Source of the DNA: Setoptus koraiensis
Lineage: Eukaryota > Animalia > Arthropoda
Direction: 5' to 3'
DNA length: 64,000 nt
Assembly (NCBI GenBank): GCA_048013815.1
Contig: CM106586.1
Coordinates: forward strand, 22,382,001 to 22,446,000
A model generated the notes under the pieces. The model was not told the origin of the DNA. It saw nothing but the letters and a program-made list of their open reading frames with translations, and did no database searches. A program made the position numbers and the translations under genes. Positions 27,998 through 40,425 of the stretch are shown here, piece after piece; position 1 is the first letter of the stretch, and the number at the start of each line of letters is the position of its first letter.

Positions 27998-30484
27998 ATG
28001 AAAATCGTACATAGAGCTATCCAAAAGGATGGCGAAGGGTGAGCATCGTACCAATTTAATCACCGGTTGTCTACATTACAGCCAATCACTACTATTATAA
28101 CTATTCTATTCTAAATACCATGAATATAAACAGAAAACTTGGCATCATTCCGGAGGAACCTGACGACTTGTGGTTCATTTATAATCTCATACAAAAAGGC
28201 GATCAAATAACTGCACCAACTTTGCGTAAAGTCGTGAATGAGAGCAGTACAGGCTCAACAGGTTCACACAAAGTCAAGGTAACATTGACTATATCAGCCG
28301 AAAAAATTGACTATGACGCAGAAGGAGATATTGTCAAGGTGAATGGGAAGAACATAGTGGAAAATAAACACGTTAAACTTGGCCAATATCACACACTAGA
28401 TTTAGAATTGAACAAAAGGTTTTTTGTTGTGAAACCTGTCTGGGACAGTATGGCTCTCAGACAACTATCCAATGCCTGTGAACAATCTAAACATTCAGAT
28501 TTGGCTGTTGTTATAATGCAAGAAGGTCTTGCATTTGTTTGTTATATCACTAAGAGCATGACCGTCCAGAGAGCAAAAGTAGAGGTCAACATACCAAGGA
28601 AGAGAAAGAACATGTGCTCACAATATCAGAAGGGTCTGACAAATTTTTTTGAACAGATTACACAGGCAATCTTGAAGCACATTAATTTTGAGATTGTTAA
28701 GTGCATTGTTGTGGCCAGTCCTGGTTTCACTAAGGACCAATTTTTGGAATATTTTTGGCAACAAGCTACTAAAACTGAGAATCGACTACTACTAGAGAAC
28801 CGACAGAAGTTTCTACCAGCTCACTCATCTACTGGCTTTAAGCACTCAATAAGAGAAATATTGAGTGATCCATTGATACAACCAAAATTGGAGGACACAA
28901 AATGTGTTGAAGAGGTTAGAGTTTGGAATAAATTTCAAGAACTATTAGCCAATGACCCTGATAGAGCGGTTTACGGTATGCACGACGTAGAGTTCGCGCA
29001 CCGTTATGAGGCCGTAGAGACAATGATAATATCAGACAAGTTGTTTCGTTCAACAGATCTAGTCATGCGAAGAAAATATAACAAACTCATACAAGATGTG
29101 ATTGCAAGTGGAAGTCAGGTGCACATATTCTCGAGTTTACACCCTTGCGGAGAACGTAAGTACAATTGGCGGCCCAAGTGAGCCATATCACAAGTTGGCA
29201 TCTATGAAGGCTCCAGCAACAGTACAGACTCCATCAATATTGATTTGATACCAAGAGTGGAGCGAGAAAGGGAGAGAAGGGAGTGGGGAGTGGTGAGGGG
29301 GAGAGAGAGAGAGAGAGAGAGAAAGAAAGCGGGGTCTAGTCACTACAATCACTTACGATGATACTTTAGTCAAAACAATAGTTTGAGTCTCACGTCCACC
29401 AAATGGAGATAACTGTGCGTGTTTGTATTTAAATATAAATAGTGATTCTGCGGAACACACAAAGTATATAGCGAATCGGTCATCAGCGCTACGTCGCGTC
29501 GTTTCTGTTTTGTTAAATTTAGCACCAGAACGACTAATGACGGCTTCCATCAAACGATATAAGCAAGTACGGCGGCCGACGAAGCCGCCGTGTTGCTGGA
29601 CACACCATAACATCGTCAAGAATAGAATGGCCTCCCCAACTGGTTAATGATCATAGCTGGACACTATGACGTAGCAGTCGTGAGCTTGTTGGCCATCGTC
29701 GATTGATACTGCGCCGGCTGTCAGCACCACTGTCGGATCCATCAATTTGTCGTCTTGGTGACATTGGCGGTAGAGTTAGAACGAATGGTAGACGAGCGCC
29801 GAGAGGACAAGCGCGAATGCAGTGCGGCCAATGGCGGTCGGCAAAATCAATGTCCACAAAATTAAGCATGTGCCCGGCGCGTCTATAAAAGGACTTATCG
29901 TTCTTTGTATATATGTTTGCGTCGGCAATCAACAAACAAACAATCATTTGTATCTTGTTTGTCTCGTGGTTGCTGTCAAACTCGCATTCGCATAAACACA
30001 CGAGCCTCCTAATAGCCGACAGGCAGGTTGCTCAGTCAGTGAAACAAAAGAGACTGTGATTAGTGCCCTACAGAGAGCGGCAGATTGTATGCGAGGACAA
30101 GTGTGTATCTGTGTTTGTGTGATATATTTGTATTCCTTTGCATGCAGATTAAACATATAGCTCAATGTGGAAGGCTTGATTAGTGGCAATCGTGTTGCTG
30201 CCATGTTGCGATCATGAATAACGCTATATAGGCTAGACACTAATATTGGACTGTTCTTATCTCTTTCAGCCGCCGTACGCGGCTCCATGTGATAGCATAT
30301 GCTCTTATCTAATCATCAACTGTTTCATTTGCTCTATTTCTACTGCTTCAATTATATAGAGTTGGCCCAATTAACAGGTTTAGCGGCCATACTGAAGTTT
30401 GTTGTGCCCGATCTTGTTCATCAGAACGACGACAGTGACAGTGATAGTGATACAACATCGAGCTCGGACGCAGAAGATACGTAA
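27998..30484 (+). CDS. pelo: Pelota (Dom34) ribosome rescue factor, 395 aa; exons 27998-28038, 28134-29155 and 30360-30484
   Basis: MKIVHRAIQKDGEG/KLGIIPEEPDDLW, VASPGFTKDQF, IFSSLHPCGE/QLAQLTGLAAILKF. GT-AG introns of 95 bp and 1204 bp keep the frame. AATAAA at about 30516. Confidence 0.96.
29165..30062 (+). repeat. Copy 1 of an approximately 900-bp non-coding direct duplication (inside pelota intron 2)
   Basis: Aligns colinearly with 30906-31822 and includes an 89-bp identical block (29623-29711 = 31394-31482). Confidence 0.92.
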
Positions 30485-30905
30485 AGGATATCATTTGTAG
30501 TTTTGTTCCCCAATAGAATAAATATAGCGGTGATGACTACTATTATTGTCCGTTAATATCAATTGGCGAAATTTGCTAAATTGGCCTCAAACGCGTGTGG
30601 TGTATTTGTCTTATGTGACACTTATAATGGTTATTCCGAGTGATTTAGATCGTGATTGTGATTCAACAACCGCGGCAGCCAAATCATTCGCTCATGTGCA
30701 TGCAAACAACAATTATCCGACCGTTCTGGTCGGCGTGTGTGTGTGTGTGTGTGACCCCTATGACACCCATAGGCCGAATTTGGGCTCGTCCTAGGCGACA
30801 TCTACAAGGACAAGGATTGACGAGCGGCGATCATTTGCGGACAGTGTCCGCGAGGAAATAACAACGTTAAAATACGAGTCGTGTACTAATTTGCAAGTTA
30901 ATGCC

Positions 30906-31822
30906 AACTGGCGGCCAATGTAAGCCGTGTTCCATATCACTAGTTGGCATCGATGAAGGCTCCAGCAACAGCGCACACCAACTACCGACACTCAGGCAGC
31001 ATTGATTTGATGAAACCATCAGCATGATAATCATGACGAGACACACGGCAAACAAGCGAGCGCCAGCGAGAAAGAGCTGGATCTAGTCACTAGCGGCTAG
31101 TGATCACTTACGCTGATACCTCAGTCAAAACAATGGTCTGAACCTCAAGTCCACCAAGTAGAGATAACTGTGATTGTTTGTGTATACACGTATATATATA
31201 TATATATATATAAATAGTGAATCTGTGGTGGACACAAAGCATACAGAGAATCGGTCATCGTCGTCCGCCTCGTATCGTCATTGTTTTGCTAAATTTAGCA
31301 CCAGAACCAGAACGACCAATGACGGCTTCCATCAAACGATTATAAGCATGTACGGCGTCCGCGTTGCTGGACACACCATAACATCGCCCCGAGTAGAATG
31401 GCCTCCCCAACTGGTTAATGATCATAGCTGGACACTATGACGTAGCAGTCGTGAGCTTGTTGGCCATCGTCGATTGATACTGAGCCGGCTGTCAGCATCA
31501 CTGTCGGATCCATCAATTTGTCGTCTTGGTGACACTGGCGATAGAGTTAGAACGAATGGTAGACGAGCGCCAAGAAGACAGCCTCAGATGCAGTGCGGCC
31601 AATGGCGGTCGGCAAAATCAATGTCCACAAAATTAAGCATGTGCCCGGCGCGTCTATAAAGGGACTTATCGTTCTTTGTATATATGTTTGCGTCGGCAAT
31701 CAACAAACAAACAATCATTTGTATCTTGTTTGTCTCGTGGCTGCTGTCAAAGTAGCGCTGCTCGCATATACACAAGCATGCTAATAGCCAACAGTCAGTG
31801 AAACAATTGAGACTGTCATTAG
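30906..31822 (+). repeat. Copy 2 of the approximately 900-bp direct duplication (downstream of pelota)
   Basis: Near-identical core with more diverged flanks. It carries a (TA)n expansion and lacks the (GA)n run of copy 1. Confidence 0.92.
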
Positions 31823-32412
31823 ATCGCCGGGGCCCGGCAAACATGACTCGACAACAACATTGTGTATTGGCGTGTGTTATATCAGCATCATGCCAATACC
31901 GACCCACCGACCCACCGACTGACTGAGTGAGTAATCCGGCAAGACCCTGCTGCTGTCGACTTTTGCACAAACAACTGCCACACAACTACAAATAACAGCA
32001 CCAATCAGCTATATACGAGCGGATTGCTAAGCTATTCTTTATCTTTGCCATCATCGCTAAGCTTTAATATGAACGTACATTGCCAATTGAAGCGCTACAC
32101 ATATATAGGTTGGCGCAAGTAAGTGCGCACAGGTAAACAAAGATATCACGCTTTGAAGCGGAATGTGCCGCACATTGGCACAGAACGTTTCGACAGAGCT
32201 GTGTGTACCGATTAAAATGGCGTCGTTGTGTGCCATCAATTTGTTCGTGTTTATTCTATGCGGCGAGCACTTAGGAACGATCTGTGCTTAGCCGAATGCA
32301 TTGTGTATTACGAAAGATGTCCATTGGAAAAGACAGTTTGTACATGAGAAACAGTGCGCTTTGAAAATTAGGTACTCAGACCAAACTTGCTTGCACTAGC
32401 CTATATCAGTGC

Positions 32413-32442
32413 CAACGACAACAACAACAACAGCAACAACAA

Positions 32443-32489
<47 letters not shown>

Positions 32490-32511
32490 ACAACAACAGC
32501 AACAACAACAG
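32413..32511 (+). repeat. (CAA/CAG)n trinucleotide microsatellite
   Basis: Directly visible tandem CAA/CAG run. Confidence 0.95.
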
Positions 32512-32961
32512 AGTCAGCCGACACAACAGTCGGTGTATTATCTGTACAAAAGGCAAGAGGGAGAGAGAGAGAGAGAGAGAGATTAGAATAAAAACACAAA
32601 CAAACACATATTGTGTTAGATAGTCTTGAATTAAATCAAGTCTGCCAGTTGTTAGGTAACACGCCAGCATGTTGCATAATAGAGAGACAGACAGACAGAC
32701 AACATGTTGGCACATCGTATTCATACGCGATCATTCATATGATCGGATGCTCCCTGTTCTTTATCACAAGTGACGAAATGGCAAGCTCGACAAATAGTTA
32801 AAGTAGCATAATAGGCGAGAGGGGATCTTGCCAGTGTTTGGCAGCACTTTTCAGCACTTGTCAGCAGAGTACGAGCTGCCAGCTAACAAGCTGTCTGTCG
32901 TCTGTCAATGGCGACTTGCTGTTGACGAATCGTTGCATGGTCGTCGCTTTTGTAGTTGCAC

Positions 32962-33085
32962 TTGTTGTTATCGTTGTCGTTGTTGTTGTTGTCGTCGCTG
33001 TTGTTGATGTTGATGTTGATGTTGTTGTCGTTGCTGTTGTTGCTGTTGTTGCTTTTGTGGCTGTTGTTGCTGTTGTTGTTGTTGT
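32962..33085 (-). repeat. (GTT/GCT/GAT)n microsatellite, opposite orientation to 32413-32511
   Basis: Directly visible. Confidence 0.95.
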
Positions 33086-33687
33086 GCGGAACTGCACACA
33101 ATGTCGCTGCTATCGAAAGAACATCATGCTCGCCACGGCAACCATTGTTTGTCCTGGGTAGACAAATGTCGCTGTCAGTTTGCCTAGTTAGTTAGCTGGC
33201 ATGCGTGTCACTAGCAGGCAGCCGCATTGATATAGATGAGTCAGCCTATAATGGCGATATCATGTTCGTCGTCAGTCGTCTAGATTTGCTTGTTCGCTTG
33301 CTCATTTTGGGTAACTCCAGCGCCAATTATAACAACTGCCGCTGTTGCTGCTGCTGCTTTGTGTGACGTAAACGATTCAATCTGATTAATGAGTCAAATC
33401 GAGAATTGATTCGTCTGATTTGTTGTTGTTTGTTAGCGAGCCTAAAGCGAGCGTGTGTGTTTGCGCCGATTAGCGAGCTGATAAGCTGATTAGCGATGTG
33501 CGATTTGATTGCGCTAACCGACTACGATGTTCGCTTTACTTGTCCACTTGCCTGCCTAGGCTTGCAAGCTATTGCGTAAACGGTGCTGCTGCTGTTGCTG
33601 TTGCTGTTGTCGTTGTTGTTGTTGTTTGTTTGTTGGCGCGCAATTTACTGGCATATGGCGAAACAAAAGCAGCAGCAACAGCGGATA

Positions 33688-33735
33688 ACTATCAGACTAT
33701 TAGACTGCTAGACTATTAGACTATTAGACTATTGG
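33688..33735 (+). repeat. Octamer tandem repeat (ACTATTAG) x6
   Basis: actatcag actattag actgctag actattag actattag actattgg. Confidence 0.9.
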
Positions 33736-34804
33736 AATAGGCAACCGCAAGACGACAACAGCCAGCACAAAATTTGATAGGCGACACAAGTGCAATTAAC
33801 AGCAACCGCAGGCTTCAAATTGATTTGATGAGTTCACAATGGAATGGCTCAGGTGCGCGCACTGTGGTTGCTCACTGTGTTTGCTACATCGTTGCCAATG
33901 TGCGTTATTGTCGTCGATTTGCATTTCAACTGCACACCGGTGATACTTGCCGATACATTTGTCGATACATTGGCCGCTCGTTGCACTGGCGACCAGTATC
34001 GCACACAAACAGCGCGGTGTACAAATACAACAACATGTCACATGTACACACATATGGCTGTGACCCAGCTCGCTGGCTTCAATGTCACCGGCGACTCGGT
34101 TTGTATGCATTGGCGTCGCGATTGGCCAATATAGGCGACACAAGCAGCTGATTGTAATAGTGTAATGTCACAGCAACAACAGCGACAACAACAATCGCCA
34201 GGCAACCGATATGCGCCAATCAACAGCGCCAATGTGTATCGCATGCCACACAATATAGAGCGCCGCCGCGACGCTTTATTGGCGGCCTATAAAGTGTTCG
34301 ATCTGCATATGCACATTCTGATTGTTGTTGTTAATGTTGTTGCTGTTGTCGCTGTTGTCGCTGTTGTCGCTGTTGTTGTTGTTGTTGTTGTTGCAAGCCG
34401 ACACTTGTCACATTGTGACATACTGTCAGTGATGGCATACCTGGCGCTCGTCGGCAGAGCCCGAATAGCTGGTCTAATTAGTGTAGTGTGCACCTGCTTT
34501 CAATTAGCGCCGCGCTATTCGAGGAACGCGCGCTGCAATGTGCACACAAGCGAACCAGACACAAGCATTGCGAACCAGACGAAGCGGTCAGGTGATCGGA
34601 TGCTGCTCAGTTGTTGTGCCCGAGCCTCAATTATCAGCCAGTGGATGTGCGCAAAATAAATAATTGCAGCACTTTGAGCGGCTAATTTGCACACAAAATT
34701 GGCCGTCGCGATCGGCCCTCGATGGCCAATGGTCGCTCTGTGTGTCCAGGTGAGATGACGTGAGGGCAACATGTTGCCGCTCGCTGTCGCCTCGGTGCGA
34801 CGCC

Positions 34805-34864
34805 AACACCGACCAAGGTGAGCGTTCGAAGCGCCGAGAACACCGACCAAGGTGAGCGTTCGAA
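34805..34864 (+). repeat. Exact 26-bp direct repeat upstream of caudal
   Basis: AACACCGACCAAGGTGAGCGTTCGAA at 34805-34830 and 34839-34864. Confidence 0.9.
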
Positions 34865-34932
34865 CTGCGAACTGTTGTTGGCTCTCGCATCTTCTCGTGG
34901 CGCTTCTTTTCTCTTCATCAATCACACAAGCC

Positions 34933-34933
<1 letters not shown>

Positions 34934-34981
<48 letters not shown>
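34934..34981 (+). repeat. (AC)24 microsatellite
   Basis: Directly visible. Confidence 0.97.
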
Positions 34982-34984
<3 letters not shown>

Positions 34985-35402
34985 TGGTATATTATAATGC
35001 AAACGCACACACACACACACACGCCAGTGCTGTAAAATTGAAAGCTCAGACGACGCCAGTTGAAATGCGCGAAAAACATGCGCACTGGCACAGCCAGTTT
35101 GGTGAGCCGCCGCGGTAGCCGCCAATTGTGCACACTCTCTTTGCCCATCTCTCTCATCGGCCCGTTTAAATTGCAAACAATCTCATCGGCGTTTATAGAT
35201 TGTTTGTCTGACTCTCTGACAGATTGATTATTCAAACTAATCAAAACGAGTCTCGACGCCCGAAGCCAGCAGCCACATCGCAAAGCAGCCCTAAGTCATC
35301 GCTTACTCAACACATTGAACCAATTAATCAATCATCCATTAGACTACTAATCAATCAATTAAGATTTATACATAGAAACAATTACCATATTGATTGATAC
35401 AC

Positions 35403-36518
35403 ATGTCGAATAAAACGCGCACAAAAGACAAGTATCGCGTTGTGTATACGGATACGCAACGAATAGAGCTAGAAAATGAATTTAGAACGGGCAACTACAT
35501 CACTATAGTGCGCAAGCAAGATTTAGCAAAACAATTGAGCCTATCGGAGCGCCAGGTAAGTCGAAGTAAAATCATCTTTCATCTCAATACGACAAATCTG
35601 GCCGCCATTGATCGATGGTCATTATCAGCATCGTTATTATAATTATCATAATTACCTCGTTATTTGTGTGTATTTGCCATTATCAAATTATAGATTAAGA
35701 TCTGGTTTCAGAACAGGAGAGCCAAGGAACGAAAACAAGAGAAAAGAAGGGCCCACCATATCTATTCACCAGTTGCTACCCAACAACAACAACAACAACA
35801 GCAACAACAACAACAACCGCTGCAACATCAACAACAACCTATACAACACCAACATCAGACACTGCAACATCATCAGCAACAGCAAACACTGCAACATCAA
35901 CAACAATCACTACTGCAACAGCAACAACCACCACAACCTATACAACATCAACCTTTGCAACACCAACAACCACAAACACTACAACATCATCAACAAACGC
36001 TAATGCAACAGCAACAACAACAGCAACAACAACAACAACATCCACACCTCCATCATCGCCAGCAACCACTCACTAATGTAGCTCTAAAAACAGAATCCGA
36101 TGCTTACCATGTGGCCACTGCGACCTCGAGATCTATGATATCACAGCAACAACAGCAGCAGCAACAGCAACAACCATTGCAACACCTACAACAACCGCTA
36201 CAACATCATCAACAGCAACAACGACTGACTGAACAACAACTAAATGATCTAGATGTCGGCGATCATGTTGTACCCTACATTGAACACCCGTATCTAGACC
36301 AGAAGCCACCCACGCCGCCAACATCATCAGTGACGATGTCATATACGTTTCTTGGTGGGACACCTCTACATCACCCATATAATCATGAGCATCATTTAAC
36401 GACGCAACAACACTTTGATGGTGCTCACCATCAACAACACCAACAGTATCTACAATCGCATCATTGTTACAACAATTATCAACAAAGTCATGACTATCCC
36501 CTGCATCAATACAATTGA
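35403..36518 (+). CDS. cad: Caudal/Cdx homeobox protein, about 325 aa; exons 35403-35555 and 35694-36518, with a long Q/H-rich C-terminal tail
   Basis: [14 protein letters not shown] is diagnostic of Cdx. A 138-bp phase-0 intron at [19 protein letters not shown] joins in frame with the polyQ ORF ending at 36518. Confidence 0.92.
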
Positions 36519-38724
36519 ATGATATATGTATTATATTGAATGTATTTTATTAAACGATATATATATATATATATATATATAAATATATATTAAGCAAACA
36601 AAAAATGAGGCACAAAGAGCGAACAGCGGGCGCATGCTGGACTCATTTCTTCGAACAGCACCGTTATAGGTTATAGATTTTTTTGAGCCCTTGAACGCCC
36701 TTCATGCCGACCGCTATGTCTTACGATTCTGGCTAAATTTAGATTAGAATTCGCACGAATTTGTCAGAACGATCAACAGAATAATCAGAATAATTGGTTT
36801 GACGACACAGGCGGCTGCCTTTTCGCCTTGGGTGTGGCAGCCAATTTTGCTCTAATTGTTTTGCTTGTTGTTATTTGTCAGTGAGGCGGCCAGGCAGCCG
36901 AGCAACAGGCAATGGTCATGGTTCAATCAGTGTGTGTCATGTATTATGTGTGTTATTTTTAGTAGTGCTGGTGGTGGTGATAATCTTGTCTTGTTGATGA
37001 CAAACAATGATTGGCCGCTCGTTTCCAGAGAACCTCTTCGGCGCTGTTCTTGTGTTTGTTATGCTCGTTATAGTTTCGTCTAAAAGTTGTGTGTGTTTGG
37101 CACTTCTCAGGCATCGGCCAATCTATTCTCGTCATGTATTTGGCGAAAAAAAGAAAGAGAGAGAGAAAAGAAAAACGCAGTAAAAAACAACAAGCAACAT
37201 CAAAGGGAAACTATCACCAATGGTGCAGTTTGATCAATCAATTGAGCGCTGCCGCTGTCTGTCGCGGATATACCCATCGAAGATTGTGTAACAACAATCA
37301 TTTGTGTGCAGCTACATGTCCCCGTGTCTAGCTATTTCTTCCTCCAACTATACGCTTGTACACCTAACAACAATCGCGCTAGACTCGACAGAACTAACTA
37401 GGACTAAAACTTGATTTAATCCAAGACCTAACAATGTGTTTGTACACTCTAATCTCTCTCTCTCTCTCTCTCTACATAAGGTTGTGTTGTCGGTCTGGTA
37501 GCATGGTATTAGCAGTAGTACAAACACAACAACTTATTAAAAGTTTTGATGCGAACAAGCGCTGTGCAAACTTGACGAAGAAATCCAATAAAAAGTCCAA
37601 AGTAGAATGCGCTCTGGTGATATCTTCACTTGCAAGTGAAATTCCATTCTCTCTCTGTCTCTCTCTGTGTCTCTCCCTCTGTCTGTCTCCGTGTCTCTCT
37701 CCCTCGCTCGCTCGCTCGCTCCTTCTTTCTTTCTTTCTTTCTTCTTCTTCGACTTGCTGCTTTCTTCGCTTGACTTCGGATGATGTTCGTAATTTGAATA
37801 AACGTTAGGAAAGAAGTAGCGACTTCGTTTAGGAATTATTATAGATTAAATACTTGATATCCTATTAAAAATACAAAGTGGACGCCGAGAGACAGACAAA
37901 GAACAAATCGTGTTTCGTTGCTGTCATGTTGATTAGTGCTCTTTCTCTATTTCAACTGTATCTCGCTAGACTACACTACTGCCGCTTGTAATACATACAA
38001 AACAAAATGATGCACTGATGAATAGTTTTCAACTTATGACAGATAGATGAGCTTTTAATTGCATCAATAGCAGCGGGAAGAAACACATACAGATATATAG
38101 GGTGTCCAGATTAAATGTTAGAGCTATAAAAAACTGTGTGCAGCACAAACAAAGCGTCTCTCCATGAAAAAGAGAGAAAACGCTGACTCGACTGGGGCAT
38201 CGGCTCGTAATCAGTACAAGTCACAGCCTTGATTCGACTACTCTATATAACGCAGCCGATCTACTGTTAGAAAAGAATCAAGTGGAAATATCAAAATACC
38301 TCCTATTGGATGTTTCTTATAAATTCTTCGTCGCTGTTGACGCTGCATGAGTCGAGCCAGCATGTCATTCATTAAAAATCTTTTTCATTTTATGTGACGA
38401 AATGAATAAATTGGAGATAAAACATATACACGACAGATGAATTCATTCACAACTTTTTTATGCCCATTGAGCCTTAAGATTGTTTACATTCTTTATCTAT
38501 CAATAGTAAATAGTTGTTGCTCAATTCTGTGTCGAAACATCAAAAGCAAGACCGGTTGCGAATCGTGTGCTTACATTAAATCATTTGATTGTCAACTTGT
38601 CATCAAGATATCAATCAGATAACAAGCTAAATCAAGAAAGAAAAAGAGAGAGAAAGAGATTTCCACTACTAGCCAAAGTTTGAACTTTGAAGCAAATATA
38701 GGAACTAAGTCAACCTAATGGGTA

Positions 38725-40425
38725 TTAATGACTGTTGTCGCGACCCTCACCAGGTTCAAGCGGGCAATCCGTTTTAGCAGTGTCATCTTGAGCATCATCA
38801 GTAACAGTAACAGTGACAGAAGCTGTAGCGGTGGTGGTGGTGTCAGTGGTGGCATTGGCGGAGCTCGCTGTTGTTGGTGTTGATGCTGTCGTAGCTGACG
38901 CTGATGAGCTAGTTTGGGCTTGGACAATTGGCTGATTTGTTGGCTGATTTGACCTAATAATGCTTTGTTTCAAAGAAGTTTTTGTCATTAAATCTTTAGT
39001 CTTTTGGGTAAGCTCATCCAATATCGATTTTAGACTGGCTCTCTCTTTTTCTTCTGTGGAACTTTCAATCTTTTTTATTAGTATCTTTTGTTGATGGATT
39101 AAATTAGTCAAGAGGTCGCTCTGCTTCCTTTGAATCTCAACTCCTTGTTTTTGCACCTTCTTTTTGTTGTTACTGGCATTATTGATGTCCTGCTGTTGCT
39201 TGTTATGCAGATTCAGCTCCCTCCTGGACTTTATAGGCGGTTTGTTGGCAGCAAAGGTGGATGCTAAATTAAGACCATCAGGGTCGTTGGGCGCTTGTTT
39301 TGCGGGTGGTTCATCATTTAGGTTGTCGTCATCGTCATCGTCATCTAACTTGCTATTGTCATCATTGGCATCATTATTTGTTGTTTGATTATTGTTCGAT
39401 TTTGTTGATGAGGTATTCTTGCCTGTACTCGCTGACTTGGCTCCTAATCTCATCAAAACAGATCTCTTTTTACCAGCTCTATTGATTTGTTGCTGCTGTT
39501 GGTGCTGCTGTTGTATGGACTGATGATGCGCCTTCTTATTGGTGGTGTGTTCAATAGTGGACTTACTATTATTTTTGATAGTCTCATCTTCGTTAATATC
39601 TGTATTAAAGGACCTCTTAGAGCTATTGTTGTCATGCATGTGTTCATGATTTGCGTTTGAGAGATCCGATTTGAAGTGCCAATGGACACGAATAAAACGA
39701 TTATTAAATACAGCCTCTGGTGACCTGTAAGCGGCTATAGCTTCATGAGGACTAGAATATTGTATCAGCGCTCCTTCTGGATCACCTTCATAATTTACTT
39801 GTATATTAACAACAGTGCCAAATTTTGAGAAATGTTCATTCAAATCTTTGATAGTGTTCTGGTGTTGGGGTATACGTTTAACCTCTAATTTACATTTGTC
39901 AGTATTTTGTTGGGTTGAATTGTTATTATTATTATTGGAATGTCTATGATGTGTGTTAGAGCCCGAATGTCTATAATTGATTCCACTACTATTGTGATTA
40001 TGATTACTATTGTTATTATGATTATGGTTATGATTTTGATGTTGTTGATGATTATTGTTGTTAGTATTATTACTACTCCCACTGTTACTATTGTTATGGT
40101 GACGATTGTTATTATGATGATTCTGAGAAAGGCCACCATCACTATTGTTTCTGTGTTGTCCCGACGACGAGAATCCCGATGAACCGAGGCGCTTTTTCAT
40201 CCCAGATCTCGTGTTCATGCCTTTGTTGCTCCGAGATTGATGAGTTGTTGATATGGTGGTAGTTGAGCCCGTTGTTGCAGTTGTGGAAACCGTTGATGTT
40301 AGTATGAGGCCCGCATTCACTCCGTCTAAAACAACTGGATTTGTTCCATGACTATATTGGCACGTCTCACCATAGACACAAAATCCTTGCTCCTCATAAT
40401 CTCTACACGGCTTATTTTTCTCCAT
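38725..40425 (-). CDS. RBM26: RNA-binding protein 26/27-like (CCCH zinc finger plus RRM), 566 aa
   Basis: CRDYEEQGFCVYGETCQYSHGTNPVVL and the RRM LNEHFSKFGTVVNIQVNYEGDPEGALIQY...EAVFNNRFIRVHWH match RBM26/27. Confidence 0.88.
   Translation of the reverse strand: MEKNKPCRDYEEQGFCVYGETCQYSHGTNPVVLDGVNAGLILTSTVSTTATTGSTTTISTTHQSRSNKGMNTRSGMKKRLGSSGFSSSGQHRNNSDGGLSQNHHNNNRHHNNSNSGSSNNTNNNNHQQHQNHNHNHNNNSNHNHNSSGINYRHSGSNTHHRHSNNNNNNSTQQNTDKCKLEVKRIPQHQNTIKDLNEHFSKFGTVVNIQVNYEGDPEGALIQYSSPHEAIAAYRSPEAVFNNRFIRVHWHFKSDLSNANHEHMHDNNSSKRSFNTDINEDETIKNNSKSTIEHTTNKKAHHQSIQQQHQQQQQINRAGKKRSVLMRLGAKSASTGKNTSSTKSNNNQTTNNDANDDNSKLDDDDDDDNLNDEPPAKQAPNDPDGLNLASTFAANKPPIKSRRELNLHNKQQQDINNASNNKKKVQKQGVEIQRKQSDLLTNLIHQQKILIKKIESSTEEKERASLKSILDELTQKTKDLMTKTSLKQSIIRSNQPTNQPIVQAQTSSSASATTASTPTTASSANATTDTTTTATASVTVTVTDDAQDDTAKTDCPLEPGEGRDNSH

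Noticed and set aside
29850-29900. HVPGASIKG in the duplicated element, resembling a CRISPR RAMP motif
   Set aside because: Eukaryotic context, short open frame, no other RAMP features; coincidental.
32387-35283. Many ORFs of poly-N, T, Q, V, L or CV/HT composition
   Set aside because: Translations of trinucleotide and dinucleotide microsatellites.
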